From positions 496,001-560,000 of the forward strand of contig CAJFCJ010000018.1 in NCBI GenBank assembly GCA_904063045.1: DNA of 64,000 nucleotides. Reading direction: 5' to 3'. The translations under genes and the position numbers were made by a program. The notes below the pieces were generated by a model. That model was given only the letters and a program-made list of their open reading frames with translations. It was not told where the DNA came from and made no database searches. Position 1 is the stretch's first letter. Each line of letters starts with the position of its first letter. This DNA is from Dimorphilus gyrociliatus (taxonomy: Eukaryota; Animalia; Annelida). Positions 27,403-40,191 of the stretch are shown here, in pieces.

Positions 27403-28244
27403 AATATTTTTATTGGCAATACCAAAAAATTTTGTTCTCTGTACATTCTTTTTACTTCTGATGCTTTCATCAACTATGGCATAAGTGTGGTAGAGAAACG
27501 TAAAATAAACAAACAGCACATATGCCAAATGAATATTATATGTACAAATATAATGTAAACCCTTCTTATCAAAACCATCATCGGTTAAAGCATGAAATAG
27601 ATGGTAACATATTTTTTTGGAAACTCGTATAAAAATGAACTATTAAAATTCTTAATGAAATTACGCGAAACCAAAAAGTATGAACAAGCAGATTAATTTG
27701 ATCTTTTCTTTGTGGATAAAATTTTAAAGGAAATCTGCCAACAGTTTTGAATAGTTTTTAGTCCTAGTAGAGAAAGACTAAGGTGTACTGCTAAGTCGAA
27801 GTGCCAAAATGTATAGTTGTCTATTTGTAGTAGACGTAAAAGAGCCATTCTTTCGGTCAGCAACCAGGTCAATAGTGTAACCAATTAAAAATTCGAAAAT
27901 ACTCTGTATAGGTATGTATTTCCCTAGTATATAGATTGATAACGCGAGTTCATGACTTAAACTTATTTGAAGCTGAAAAATACCTCTTTAGGCTAATGAA
28001 AACCAACTATGACGGAGGAAAAGGTAAAGCATGTAATAAGAACCACTTATTAGATCTAACGCACGGTGCAAGTGATTCTTTACATCTACGTCTGTACAAA
28101 TGACTTACTCAACGAATTCGTTTATGGATATATATCAATATTTTATTCAAAATCACTGATACGTGACCAGACACCATAGAATAAAATTAACAGACTAGAT
28201 CATAACACTTGAGTTAGGCAACTCGATAAGAGGTAGAATTGAAT

Positions 28245-30184
28245 TCTGTGGATAAAAAAAATTACGAAGAAAGCCTTTAATTTATAAAAAAATTACCATG
28301 TATTGTCTTGTGTCTCAGTATTTTTCTCAGCATGTGTCTTCGAATGTTTTGCCAAGTGATCACTTCTCGTAAACTTCTTTTGGCAGACGTTACACTGAAA
28401 CTTTTTTTCCCCAGTATGAGTCCTTTTGTGTCTTTGTAGCTCGTCAGAACGGGTAAATTTTTTCTGACAATAGGCCCAATCGCATTCAAATGGTCTATCA
28501 TCATTGTGCCATCGCAAGTGAGCTCGTAAATGGGACGTTTTACCATAGACCTTATTGCATCCTGGCATATGACAGATATGTTCCTTTTTCTTAAGATTTT
28601 TATTTTTGCTGTCAGTTCCTTTGCAATTAGGACAAGTGCATGCTATCCTCTTCGGTCTTTTTTGCTCTCCTGTTGATTGAAGAATACTTTCTGCAGGAAC
28701 AACTGAAACTTTCGTATGATCATTTGGGTCCATCTGGACTTGAGCAATGACAGCAGACGCAGTACCATTTGTGCCATTCACAAGTTGAAAACTATCGTTA
28801 TTGGCATATTGCAACTGTATAACGTTGTTTGAAATGTTGGATGCAGAAGATTTTGGTAATTGCATAATGGTCGTTGGTGTTGTTGAACCAGTTATGGCAT
28901 TGTTGGGTTGGATTTCTGTTGGTGCTTTAACCTCATTCTTTGATGTCTCTTCAGTCTTTATCATCTCAGTTTGAGCTTGATTTAAAACTGTAATCTGTTG
29001 TTGAGGACTTTGCATACCATTTTGAACAATTATACCTTGCATACTAGGAGCTGCTGTGACAAATTGCTGAACAGCTGGAACTTGCACTGCTTGTTGGGCC
29101 ATTTGAACAGGTACATGAACAGTTTGAAAAACTGTTTGACCATTGGCATTTGTAACAGGGATTTGTACGACAGCTGAAAGTGTCGTAGGTAGTGTTTGTT
29201 GAGGAAAAACAGATCTTTGAACTACCATTTGTCCATTTTGAGCTAACAGAACTTGGTTGGGACTCACAGTATTTTGGATGATTTGAGGTGAATTATTGCG
29301 TACCAGCACAGGAATTACCTGATTATTTTGTATGACATACTGCTGAGAAGTGTCTTCAGCTGGAACATTCATAATATTCTGGAAGGGCTAAAATTAAATG
29401 TATTAAAAATTATTTCATTTTACAAATTTTAAACAATAGCATAGAAAGCGCGAGGCAAGCTTTTTTAAATTAATTATAATTTTTTCGTTAGAATGTAATA
29501 GCAAGTGTTTAGACAAAGCTGAGATAAGAAATGTTATATCTCTCTTAAGAGCACAACTTGCCTTGCTGTTCCTCGAAATATTGTTGTTATCGTTTACCTG
29601 AAGCATATTTACTACAGGTTGTTGGGGCTGGTTAATAACTTGAATTCCGTTAAGTTGCTGCACCTGCTGTCCAGTTTGTAAAACGGTCTGGAATAGCAAC
29701 TGTGCTATAATAACGTATTAAAATCAAATAAGATGAGGCACCTGGTTTATAGCTTGTGGAGGAAGTGTTTGCTGAATTTTTCCTGAAGAGTCGAATGCTA
29801 CAGCCATCAAATTTCCTTGAGCCGTTTGTATATAGCCGTACTGCTGCTGTTGTCCATCTTCACTATTTCCGTTGCCACCTATTTTGCTGCATGTTGCAGC
29901 CAACATTGCCAGAGGCGATGGCTGTGCTGTATCCTGAAAAATAAAGGTGATTTACGCAAATTCTCTTTCCAGTTTCAACCAAGTTTCTGTTACGTAATTT
30001 AAATTATGCCATGTCCTTGACCGTGGGCACGTCCGGGAGGAGATAGGGCGGGGTTACATCGATATGGGAGGCGATTCTTCAAAATGGCGGCGTTTTTGAA
30101 AATAAAACCAAATCAGCTTACCTGTGCGCTTCCTGTTGGAGCTATATATCCGTCGTTCTCCTTTTGAGTTTCGTTCGAACTCAT
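28245..30184 (-). CDS. Sp1-4 group transcription factor
   Basis: Exon 1 30184-30122 [21 protein letters not shown]; Sp box [16 protein letters not shown]; Gln-rich region; buttonhead box IACTCPNC; three fingers ending RSDELQRH and RSDHLAKH. The stop is either TAA at 28295-28293 or a TG|A codon made by splicing. Confidence 0.95.
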
Positions 30185-30266
30185 TTCATATTCGATAAAT
30201 TACATAAAATAAAAAATTTACCACAGAACAGGGAGTTCTGCTATATCTTGTACAAAATGGCGGCTC
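30046..30266. promoter_or_regulatory. GC-box and YY1-like motifs around the Sp first exon
   Basis: GGGCGGGGT at about 30046-30054 in intron 1; AAAATGGCGGC at about 30081 and 30254. Confidence 0.55.
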
Positions 30267-31273
30267 CGCCTAATTCAGTATTATTGTATTATTACGCTTT
30301 TGCAAAAGCCTATTTAGTAGTCATAAAAGGAGCTAAAGTTCTCAGAACTTACGTAACTTATATAATGATATTAATTTAAGTAAATAATTTTTCGAATATC
30401 TACAAGATTATTCATATATGTCAATGCAGCAAATTTTTTTAAAAAATAGTCCCACCCTCAAAGCTTATGATTGGCACATTGTGTGGCTAGTCTTTTCTTT
30501 AGAATAGTTAAAAAAAGGGAAGTTATTGCTTATCATTCTGAAATATAATAATGCATTCTTTGAAGGCATAATTTTTACAATAATATAGGCATTTCTCTAA
30601 TTTTGAATGCCTTTTCAAAGATACTTTTACAAACGTGGGCGGGCGCTATCCAAAACAGAAATAGCCCTGCCCCAAGGCGGGTCACATAAAACTCATCATG
30701 CTAATTTTTTTGAATTGATGTTTTGCAACATACAAGATCACAAAAATTAAATACAACTTTTATAATATTGATTTTAAATTCAGAATATTATTGTTTTCCT
30801 ATCTGAAATGTTATATTTAGGGGTACAGAGGGCGCCACTTTTTGCTTTGTTCAATAGTTTCATGATAAGTTGACAAAGTTATGCTTTTAGAGTTCATTTT
30901 CATCAATCTATCATATTAGCTTCATTTCATTATATTGCATAGGAAAAAAGACAATAAAACAAACTGATTATATTGTAATGTCTCAATAATTTTGGCTTGT
31001 TTAGAATGGCTGAAAATATTTCAGATTATATAAACAATCTCATCGAGATATTCTTAAATTCTGCCACACATTCTTCAACCTTGTGCAAATGAATTTAAAA
31101 AGATTTTTGTTAAAATACAGATTTTAGTTTAGAGTTGATATTTTGACAAAAACGTGCAAAAATCTATAAGATATTATATATTGTTTAAAAGAGTAGTTTA
31201 AACATATAAATTGTAATATTCATTTCTTTATTTATAAAATAAATACTATACAAAGTATATTTCATAGTAGAAT

Positions 31274-32664
31274 TCAATCACGAGATACATTTTCAAGACG
31301 AAACTCTACTCCATAATAATCAAGCACAATTAAGTTGGGCATAAATAAGAGAATCCTCTCGATTACTTTGTCATCTATTCCACTGCAGCAGGCTAAATCT
31401 AAAAAGCAAAGATTCTTCATTTTCAGAGGAATATTTACTAAACATGCACCCGAAGGCTGATCAACCCCAGTCAGTTCTAGCTTCTCTAAACTAGCAGATT
31501 TGTCTACAATCTTGCTTAAGCCTTCTTCGGTGATATTCCAGCACCACTTTAGAATTAGTCGTTTTAACGTGGAATTATTTGTTTCAACTAGATGGCAAAT
31601 AGTTTTATCCGTCACATAGACACATTCCGACAGATCTAACTCGACAAGTTGTTTTACAACAAGAGAATTTAAAAATTTGTTAAGGCCAATCTCCGTAAAG
31701 TTTCTTCCTTTCCTTAAAGAAAGGTTTCTTAATGAAGCAGTATCAGATATATATATTAATAAATTGTCTGTAACATTTTCGCAAAAAGATATATGTAACT
31801 GTTGCAGCATTTTTATCATAGGAAGTCTTTGAAATGGTTCATCAGTAACCTCGGATCCATCTATGGATAGATACTGAAGCGATTTTCCATGCCTGTTCAC
31901 GTAAAATTTTGTGTATGTTCCTTAAGATTTTTTAGAAAATTCCGCTTATTTTATACTAATATTTATATCTACCAATATATTACATATAATTTATAATTCA
32001 TAAAAAAGATTTATAGATTTCTTACGTATGGAAAACATCTTCTATAAAATTATTCTGTAGCCATGGTATCCCATTTACATCTAGCGATTGAAGGTCTTTT
32101 AATTTTCGGCACATATTAATCATACTCTCCTCAGTTACCCATTCACAACCCCTCATGTTTAAAGATTTTAAATATGACAAACTTCCAATATGCTGACAGG
32201 TTGATACACAAACTTCTTTACAGCCTTCAATATTCATCTGCCTATATGAACATTATGAAATTTGATAAATAAAAAACTCTTTGTTGATACCTTCTAGGAG
32301 AAACGTACCTAAGTTTTGGCCATGCTTTCACAATACTCTGCATGATACTTGATTGAAGTTGTTCACAAAACGTTAACGAGATATTTGTAATACATGAGCA
32401 GTTCTTTATAAAACCTAAAATTTGTCCTGCATTAGATAGTTCTAAACATTTAACATTTTGGAATTTTTTTGAAAGCTTCAAGGCAGTTTCGTCTGAAATT
32501 CTTGGAGACAAGCTCACACACTCCCATAAAGACCCATCAAAACAGAGACTGTTAAATCGCCAATTAACAAGAGACATATTGCACAAATCTTTCTTTTTCA
32601 AGTAGGATAGGAGATAGAGGAGAATTTCCTCTGGTAAACTGTCCAAATATTTTTTTTCGTGCAT
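31274..32664 (-). CDS. F-box/leucine-rich-repeat protein (FBXL type)
   Basis: N-terminal F-box LDSLPEEILLYLLSYL..LCNMSLVNWRFNSLCFDGSLW, followed by cysteine-containing LRRs (LxxLxLxxCxxITD). Exons 32664-32309, 32241-32026 and 31892-31274 join in frame. Confidence 0.88.
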
Positions 32665-33464
32665 TGCTCGATATTAAGAATCACAACGAAAGTAGGAAAA
32701 TAGTAGCATTAAAAATGGAATGTCGATTAGGCAAGCCTTGATAAGTAGGATATTTGATCTTACAATTTTTCGGGAGAAGAATAGTTGAAAATCAAATTAA
32801 TTTATCCTATTGTAACCTAATACATCTGTTAAAGACGTCTTCTACATTTTGTGTAGATGGCAGTATAGAGCTGAATTTTCAATGAGGGAAATATGTTTCT
32901 CCTGAGATTTTATAGATTTTTGTTCATTATATATGATGCATTATCTGAGATTACTTTGTTTTTATTTCTTTTATTACCGATATTTTATACATTGCAATTA
33001 TTTGAACATTCAACTATGATTATATGGAATTAAAGTATTCGCATTACGAAGCACAGGTTTTTAAGTGAATGCTTTGACGTTTTTAGACACATTGCACATG
33101 AAATTAAGTTTGAATAATACTCATTCCTAGTTATGCATATATGTACATAGGAATCATATTCGAAGTTATAAATGTAGTCAATAACAAAAACTTTCAGCAT
33201 AACTAATCAACAATAAAGCGACAAGTTCATACAATTAAATATCATGATTAATAAAAAAGATAATAGTCCGTACCAATTTGCTTGTATTCGTAAAATGTTA
33301 TCAATACGTAGTGATGGCATTCATATGGAACTTTTTTATATGCAGGATGCTACGAATATTATTGAGTTTCAGAGAAAAAGTACACAGAGCGTCAGTTGTC
33401 ACTATATAAAAAAACCCTATAATATTTCGGTTAGCATCTCAAAAATAATTAATAGTCTCATTCT

Positions 33465-34264
33465 TCATTTACAGCATCCGCCACCAGAACTAGGATCTGT
33501 CCTTTCCAAGCTGACACCCGAAGAACCATTTCCACCCGATCCACCATCATTTTTCGGCAATTTTTTCGCTAACATAAATTTTATTATTAGTGGTGTTTAT
33601 ACTATTTTTTAAACTACTACCTATTGCTAAAAATATGTCGTTTACATTCATCGCAGTTTTTGCAGAAGTTTCCATAAAAAGGAGGCTATTTTCTTCGGCG
33701 TATGCTTGAGCTTCCTATTGAGAATATTTATATCAGTAAAAATTAAATTCAATATATTCTTATCCATTTTAAAATTACTTACCTCACATTCGACCATGCG
33801 TTTGTTAGATAAGTCACATTTATTGCCAGCTAGAGCAATAACAATATTTGGACTGGCTTGCCTCTGTAATTCTTTCACCCACGTTTTAGCCCTGCTAAAC
33901 GTGTCCTGATTCGTTATGTCGTAGACAACAATAGCTGCTTGAGCCCCACGATAATACATTGGTGCTAAACTATGATATCGTTCTTGACCCGCAGTATCCC
34001 ATATTTCGAATTTGACGGTAGTGTCATCCAAGCAAACGGTCTGGGTGAGGAATGCCGCTGAAAAAAGCTCGTTGCTTCAATGTATTAAAGAGCATGAAAT
34101 GGCTTACCTCCAATCGTGCTTTCCTGGAACTCATGGAACTGTCCTTTGACGAACCTCAATACTAAACTTGATTTTCCGACAGCTGATTCTCCCAACAAGA
34201 CCAGTTTGAATTGACAGATTTTGTTTTGCCCATTAGCTGGCCTGCTTGCCGTTCTATTTGCCAT
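33465..34264 (-). CDS. RAB5: Rab5 small GTPase
   Basis: [60 protein letters not shown]-terminal GGCCK. Exons 34264-34108, 34057-33783, 33714-33621 and 33568-33465; a 5'UTR exon ends at 35251 (GTAAGT donor). Confidence 0.97.
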
Positions 34265-35250
34265 TATTTTGAATCTGAATTGAGTAGAAAATATATATTA
34301 TTTCGTTTCAATATATCAATAATGAATCAGCAGAGATTAACAATATTTTAACCTAGACCTTGAAATATATCGTATCGTTTTATATCGATATCGATGCTAT
34401 TTTTATGATGGATCGACATATTTTTTAGTACATCTTTCTAACAAACTGTCTATTCTTTCAGAAACATTAATCAATCGTAATTTAGAGCCCAAGTCATATG
34501 TTCACAGTCGCCACACTAACATTAATAAACGCCACAAAGATATTTTTATTTTAAGCACACACAATATCGCCCTTATGTGAGATGACATAGCCTACTTGTT
34601 TTATTTAAATATACCCCTCATAGAATAAATCTATTCTCTAGGAAGTTTATCAATTTGCAGTATTTTTTTTTATAAAGGCTGTGCAAAATTTTTCTTTCAT
34701 ATAGATTAAGGTTTACAATTATAGTCAAACTATGATATTACTTTAGATATACTGCCAAAGATAATATTTTAATTAACTTCTGCACAATGATTGTACTAAA
34801 TTTCTGCTCTACAATACAATCAACAACTTTCACGAATCATAATGCTTTTACGAGAAATTCCTGTCTGAAACACACACTATACTGAAGCCATGTTGAATAG
34901 ATTTCTGAATAAAAACAAACGTAGTGGCGAAATCAAATTCCACAAAATACATTAGTCTGTATGTGTTCTACTTAAACTTACCCACTTCGTGAAATTTTAT
35001 AGAGAGTTATCAATGTTAATTTTCAGTTAAACACTGGTCTCATGCTACTATCTTGCTATAATCCAAATTTTCACACAACACCCCTTCAATTATTACACGG
35101 ACTACTTTGTTTTTGTCATCCTTTATTATTACGCCTATACAAAGCATAAAGTTCCCTCTAAACTTATTTGTTTAAAATGATTATTGAGATTTTTCATGTA
35201 CAGAGCCTTCTTTAAAATTAACTAACGAAAAATGACATTGATTTACTTAC

Positions 35251-35517
35251 CTTGTGCTTCTCAGCAATCAGTTTACTGTAATGAGTAATATATGTCACGT
35301 GAAAATTGCGTCAACAGAAAGTAGAAAATTGTCGTAAAATTTTTAAATTAATTTTTTATATTGGTTTACAACGATTCTAAAAAAATGAAAACTACTAATA
35401 AAATGCAAAAATTCTTATCGGAAGTATAACTGAACTGCGCTGCCAAGGTTACGTGACTGCAACATCCGGTTTTCTTGTTCTTGAAATACAAAAAAAAAAT
35501 TATCATCTCTTTCAAAA
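35251..35517. promoter_or_regulatory. Bidirectional promoter shared by Rab5 and EFHB, with E-box/CLEAR-like motifs
   Basis: The Rab5 5'UTR exon donor at 35250 and the EFHB ATG at 35517 are 267 nt apart; GTCACGTGA at 35294-35302 and GTTACGTGAC at 35448-35457. Confidence 0.7.
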
Positions 35518-37797
35518 TGACAACAGTGGAGAGGTTGCCTAATGAAGAAAATTTTAAGCTACCTGACATCAAAGGAATATATGAAGGGAAATTTACGGAT
35601 AGAAATCCTGATATAAGAACTGTAAGCTTTGTTAATAGAGAGCAACTACTATTTTAATTTTAAATATTTAGGCAGGAAAGCTAACCGCAACAGGAGAAAC
35701 AGCGAAACAATGTATGAAAGGAGAGGAACCTAAGGTATTCAGATTTTTTCTGTAGTTTATGTTTATTGATTTCTGAATCAAACAGTCGAGCACTCCTGAC
35801 ATAGTTATGAGATTCCGAAATTATGTTAAACCAGATTATGGCAAAAAAACCGTTCATTATGGTCAAGCATATGATCCCCACCTTCAATGGGCAAAAGATA
35901 TGGTTCATGGAGCTGTTAGTAAACCTTCACATATAGCTGGAGACCTTTTGAATCCTTTGCCTCAAAGTAGATTTCGCCAGGCAAAAGTAAGTTTAAAGTG
36001 CTTGTAAATGTATGAGAAAATTGACCAAAAATCCAATAAACAGTTAGAGAAAAAAGAAGATATTTATGAATCCCATCAGAGAAAACCTTTAGGAACTTTC
36101 CCCAATCCAGAGAAAAATTTTCCTGAAGGAATGGATTACGAAGGCAAAATATATGGTATAAAAAGCGAAAAGGGCCATAGAGCAAAGGAATCGCTAAATC
36201 CTTCAAAAAATTATGATGAAGTAGAAAAAGAATATGATGATAAACGAGATTTATATAGATTTTCTCATAAATCTTATAATGTAAATATAACTAACTATAG
36301 CACTTGAAAACCTAATTTTTAATTCTACAATATCTAGGCTGGTGAACAAAAGCACCGTAGCTACATAGCTCCTCCGTATAATCGATGTCAAAAGTATGGC
36401 AAACCCACTCCACATGATAATGCAGGCAAATTAACAGCGAAATCGTTAAAATGGATTGATCAGTGTTGTGGAAAGGAAGCAACTCCGGTTGTTCAAAAAA
36501 GGGTTGATAGTTTCCGGGAGAGAACGCAACCACAACTGGGAAAACCTCTTGATCCGTAAATATTAAAGTATTAATATATACTACTTCATTTTAACTTTTC
36601 TAAAATAGAATCAAAGATACAATGCACGTTCCGGATGATCATACTTTTGGAGTATTATTACAACCAGATGAATATGGAGTTGGAGATCTCCTTCATGGTC
36701 GCGCACCTAAACATTATTTACGTGGTCAGGAAAAGGAGAGAGGCTTAATTGCTGCCATAAGATCAAACTTAAAGAAAGCAAATTATCAAAATTTTAATAA
36801 TCTCGTACAGGCCTTTTGTCTCTATGATCCGGTAACGCTATAAATTTTTAAACAAATTTGATAATGAATAAGATATCTTCAGGATGAAAAAGGCTATATA
36901 ACAGCTACTGACCTTAAGAACGTTTGTGAACAATTTCAGCTACCTATTGAACTGGAGCTATTGGTTCAATTGTTTGATTATTGTGATGTAGACAGAGATG
37001 GACGTATAAACTATATTGAATTTTCTAATTTTTTAAATTGGAAAGACAAACTACCAACTGGCTTACCAGGTTTTTACTATTTAGCAAAGATTTGTAGATA
37101 ATAGTTTATTCTTTTATATCAGATCGAATAAGCTCAGCAGACCATTTCCACAAGAGGCTTCAAAAACAAATTGATAAAGCAATTGTTGACCAAAAAACTT
37201 CTTCTCAAATGATTAACTCTGTAGTTGGAGGTGTTTCCACAAAGTCATTTCGAAGTTATGGAGTACCGTCAATCCGAAATGACCTACCAGCGCCAAAAAT
37301 AAAAAAGTGTGATGATAGGTTTGAAGTTCTTAGTTCATTTTTTGATTGACTTTTAACAATTATTATTCTTACATCAAGAACGAACTATGGTGATGAGAGT
37401 GATGCCTTTGGTCTGTTGCAGCCATCCATATTTTCGAGATATGGTGTTTATGAGAGAGATATGTTGTCCCATAAAAGTCGAGATGAGGTAGGGAGTAAAT
37501 GATTATTGTAAAAGTCTCACAGTAGTCTTTCAGATAAAAGAAATTTTTTCGAATGCGGGATTGAAAATTTCTGAGGAGGATTTTGAAAATTTATATGAGC
37601 AGGCTGCATCCAAGCGCTCTGACGGATGTGTTAGTGTTGAAGAGTTTCGAACAATGCTAAATTCATTTCTGGTAAGGAAACAGTCGCAATTCATATAGGC
37701 TTGGATTTAAATTAATTTTTATTAATTAGAATACGCGTATTGATACTGAAAGAGAAGCCGAAAAATTATCATGCTAAATAAAACAAAATGGCATTAT
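35517..37797 (+). CDS. EFHB: EF-hand domain family member B (ciliary microtubule inner protein, CFAP21-like)
   Basis: ESHQRKPLG, GEQKHRSY, FRERTQPQLGKPLDP, HTFGVLLQPDEYGVGDL, EF-hands YDPDEKGYI and CDVDRDGRINYIEFSNFLNW, SYGVPSIRNDL, NYGDESDA. About 11 exons joined in frame. Confidence 0.9.
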
Positions 37798-37978
37798 TTA
37801 ATTTAAATGGAAGGCTGACAATTAATGATTGTATCAGTAATTTAATCTCATTAACAGTTTTTCAAAAGAACTATACATGAATTTGTATTAATAAACAATA
37901 TTTTGACCAAGAAACTTAAATAAATAAAATTGTAAATTTTGGCTTAAGCAATGAAAATTGAAGTTTCTGTAAACAACT

Positions 37979-40191
37979 TTAAAGTCCAGAAGCTGGTAAA
38001 AGAAAAATCATAACAGTAACATTATGTCGGGTTCCAGCTAAAATAGCAGCTTGAGTTAACTTTTCTGCCATGGCGTTGGCGAAACCTCTTTGAACTCTCT
38101 GCCTATTTTCTTCTACTGTTTGGCTTGATTCAGACCATGTATCCTCTCCGAGCATTATTGTAGCATGACTTTCGTCTGATTCTGAAGAAGAATCCGATAA
38201 AGTTGATCTTGTGAAATTACTGAAAACATCAGAACTATTTTCTGATTTATTATCATCCTCTATAGATTGTTTAGATAAAGGCTTGTTAAGATCATAACTG
38301 ATTCGTGATTGAACAGCGCTTAATATAACGCTATTCTGTTCAACCAAGGCTCGTACACTTGATGTGCAATGTATAGTTGGAGGTAGGCGATTACTTGGCA
38401 AAATTTGGAGGAGTAGAGTTGCAACTTCATCGGGAGTAAATACATCCCATACTCCCTTAGATGCAATAACAACAAATTGAGAAAAGTTATCCAACTTGAC
38501 CGTTATTGTTGAAGGTTTCCTAATCACAAATTTTCTCAAATCAGGATCGCCATGATTTCCAAGTCCTCTCGTTGTAGGTAAAACCCCATTGACGCACTTC
38601 TGATCCTTACTGGAGCTTAATTTTCCTCCTTGTTTAGTAACCCGGGCGACTTCAGCGGGATTTTTAGTGGAATGCTTTTTCGTTAACATGTAAGGTCTAT
38701 TTGCTCTTACCAACATTGCTTCAGAATCTCCTTTAATATAGAAAGGAAACTTTTAGATATTTTTAATGAACTTGTTTAGAACAAAATAATATTTAAAATC
38801 TTGATAAAAATACAAAAATATATATTACCACAGTTTGCAATGTGCATGTATCCAATTTGCTCAACTCTATTAATATCTGACGAAGAACTTTCATTCACTG
38901 GTCGTGGTCTATCTAAGCTATCCACCAAAATAGTCACTGTTGAACAACCACTCCACCTAACCTTTGAATTTTCTTCTTTCCCTAATGAAAGCAATAAGTC
39001 AGTTTGGAAGTGGGCTTTTTTAAAACAATCTGATATTCTTGAATTGTACATATCATCTTTATTATCATTTAAAGACTTGTTAGTAAGATTCTGTGCTCTT
39101 TCATTAATATCCTCAAGCTGCAATTTTTTTGTAGAAGATTCAATGATTTGTTGAACGATATCCTGGCTAATTTCATGCAATTTTGCTTTCTCTGAATAGG
39201 AAGATATTGGTCTACAATGTGATTTATGGTCTTCCATATGATCTTTTTTGATGTATGCAGAAGATGCTTTGTTAATAGTACAAGTACAACGTATAGACGA
39301 ATCAAATTTAATCATTTCATGCAGTAAAAAGTGATGTAATTCTGTAGCAGCAACGTGAGCTGCTCTATGTCCTCCGTATCCGTCGAAAACAGCAAAATAT
39401 GCTTTTCTAGGGTCATTACCAAAAGAATCCTGAAAAACTTTAGTATCTTCCATTTGTTCTTTCCAACGCTCGTTCTTATGACAGCACCAAGACACTGCTA
39501 GAATGTTTAAATTCGAACAATTTAATGAATTCGCTTTAACATTTACGTCAACATCGTCTCGAACTTGGCGGAAAGGTTCATATGTTTGATCCATGTGAGA
39601 TCGAACAAGCTCATAAGCTTTATCTATTTGACGTATAAGTTTTTGATCAATTAAATCATTTCCATTCGATATTTTTTTAAGAAGTAGCAATCTTCTATCC
39701 ATAAGAGAGTCGACGCTTTCTGGCATCATTCCTCTAGGAATAAGGTGTAAAACTAAATCTATATGCATTATATGTGTAATTGCAGCATATTACAACTAAA
39801 AGTACCAACTGTTTGTATTTTAAAGTGACCAGAGCTTCATGATACTTCTTATGTTCATGTAAAGCCCGTACATCGATGTGCTGAGAGCACTCTTTACACT
39901 GTTAAAGCTATAATGTAATACTTTTCTATATTTTACTTGATTATGTACCTGTAACGTTATATAGGGCTTGAAATCAACTGTCGTGGTTTCCGACGCCTCG
40001 CTCTCTGAAAATAATAATATAAGAAAACTAAGTATAATATATCCCGCCTCTACAGGTAACGATGGGAAGAATAAACCTTTCTTCCGTTCATAATCTCTTT
40101 TTCTAGAACAACACATGGAATCATAGTCCGGTGGATTCCAATCTGCAAACTCTTTTTGATCACCGTAAGAAATTGAACTATCGCTAGCCAT
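37979..40191 (-). CDS. PP2D1: PP2C-like domain-containing protein 1 with an N-terminal C2H2-like finger
   Basis: CKECSQHIDVRALHEHKKYH exon, EQMED, YFAVFDGYGG, WSGCSTV, IANCGDSEA, TRGLGNHGD. A further in-phase acidic exon at about 40490-40401 may extend the N-terminus. Confidence 0.85.

Noticed and set aside
28277-28546. Second-frame ORF overlapping the Sp zinc fingers
   Set aside because: Alternative frame of a conserved domain with no independent evidence.
31893-32025. Apparent frameshift between FBXL exons 2 and 3 if the AAG acceptor at 31921 is used
   Set aside because: The CAG acceptor ending at 31893 restores frame; not a pseudogene.
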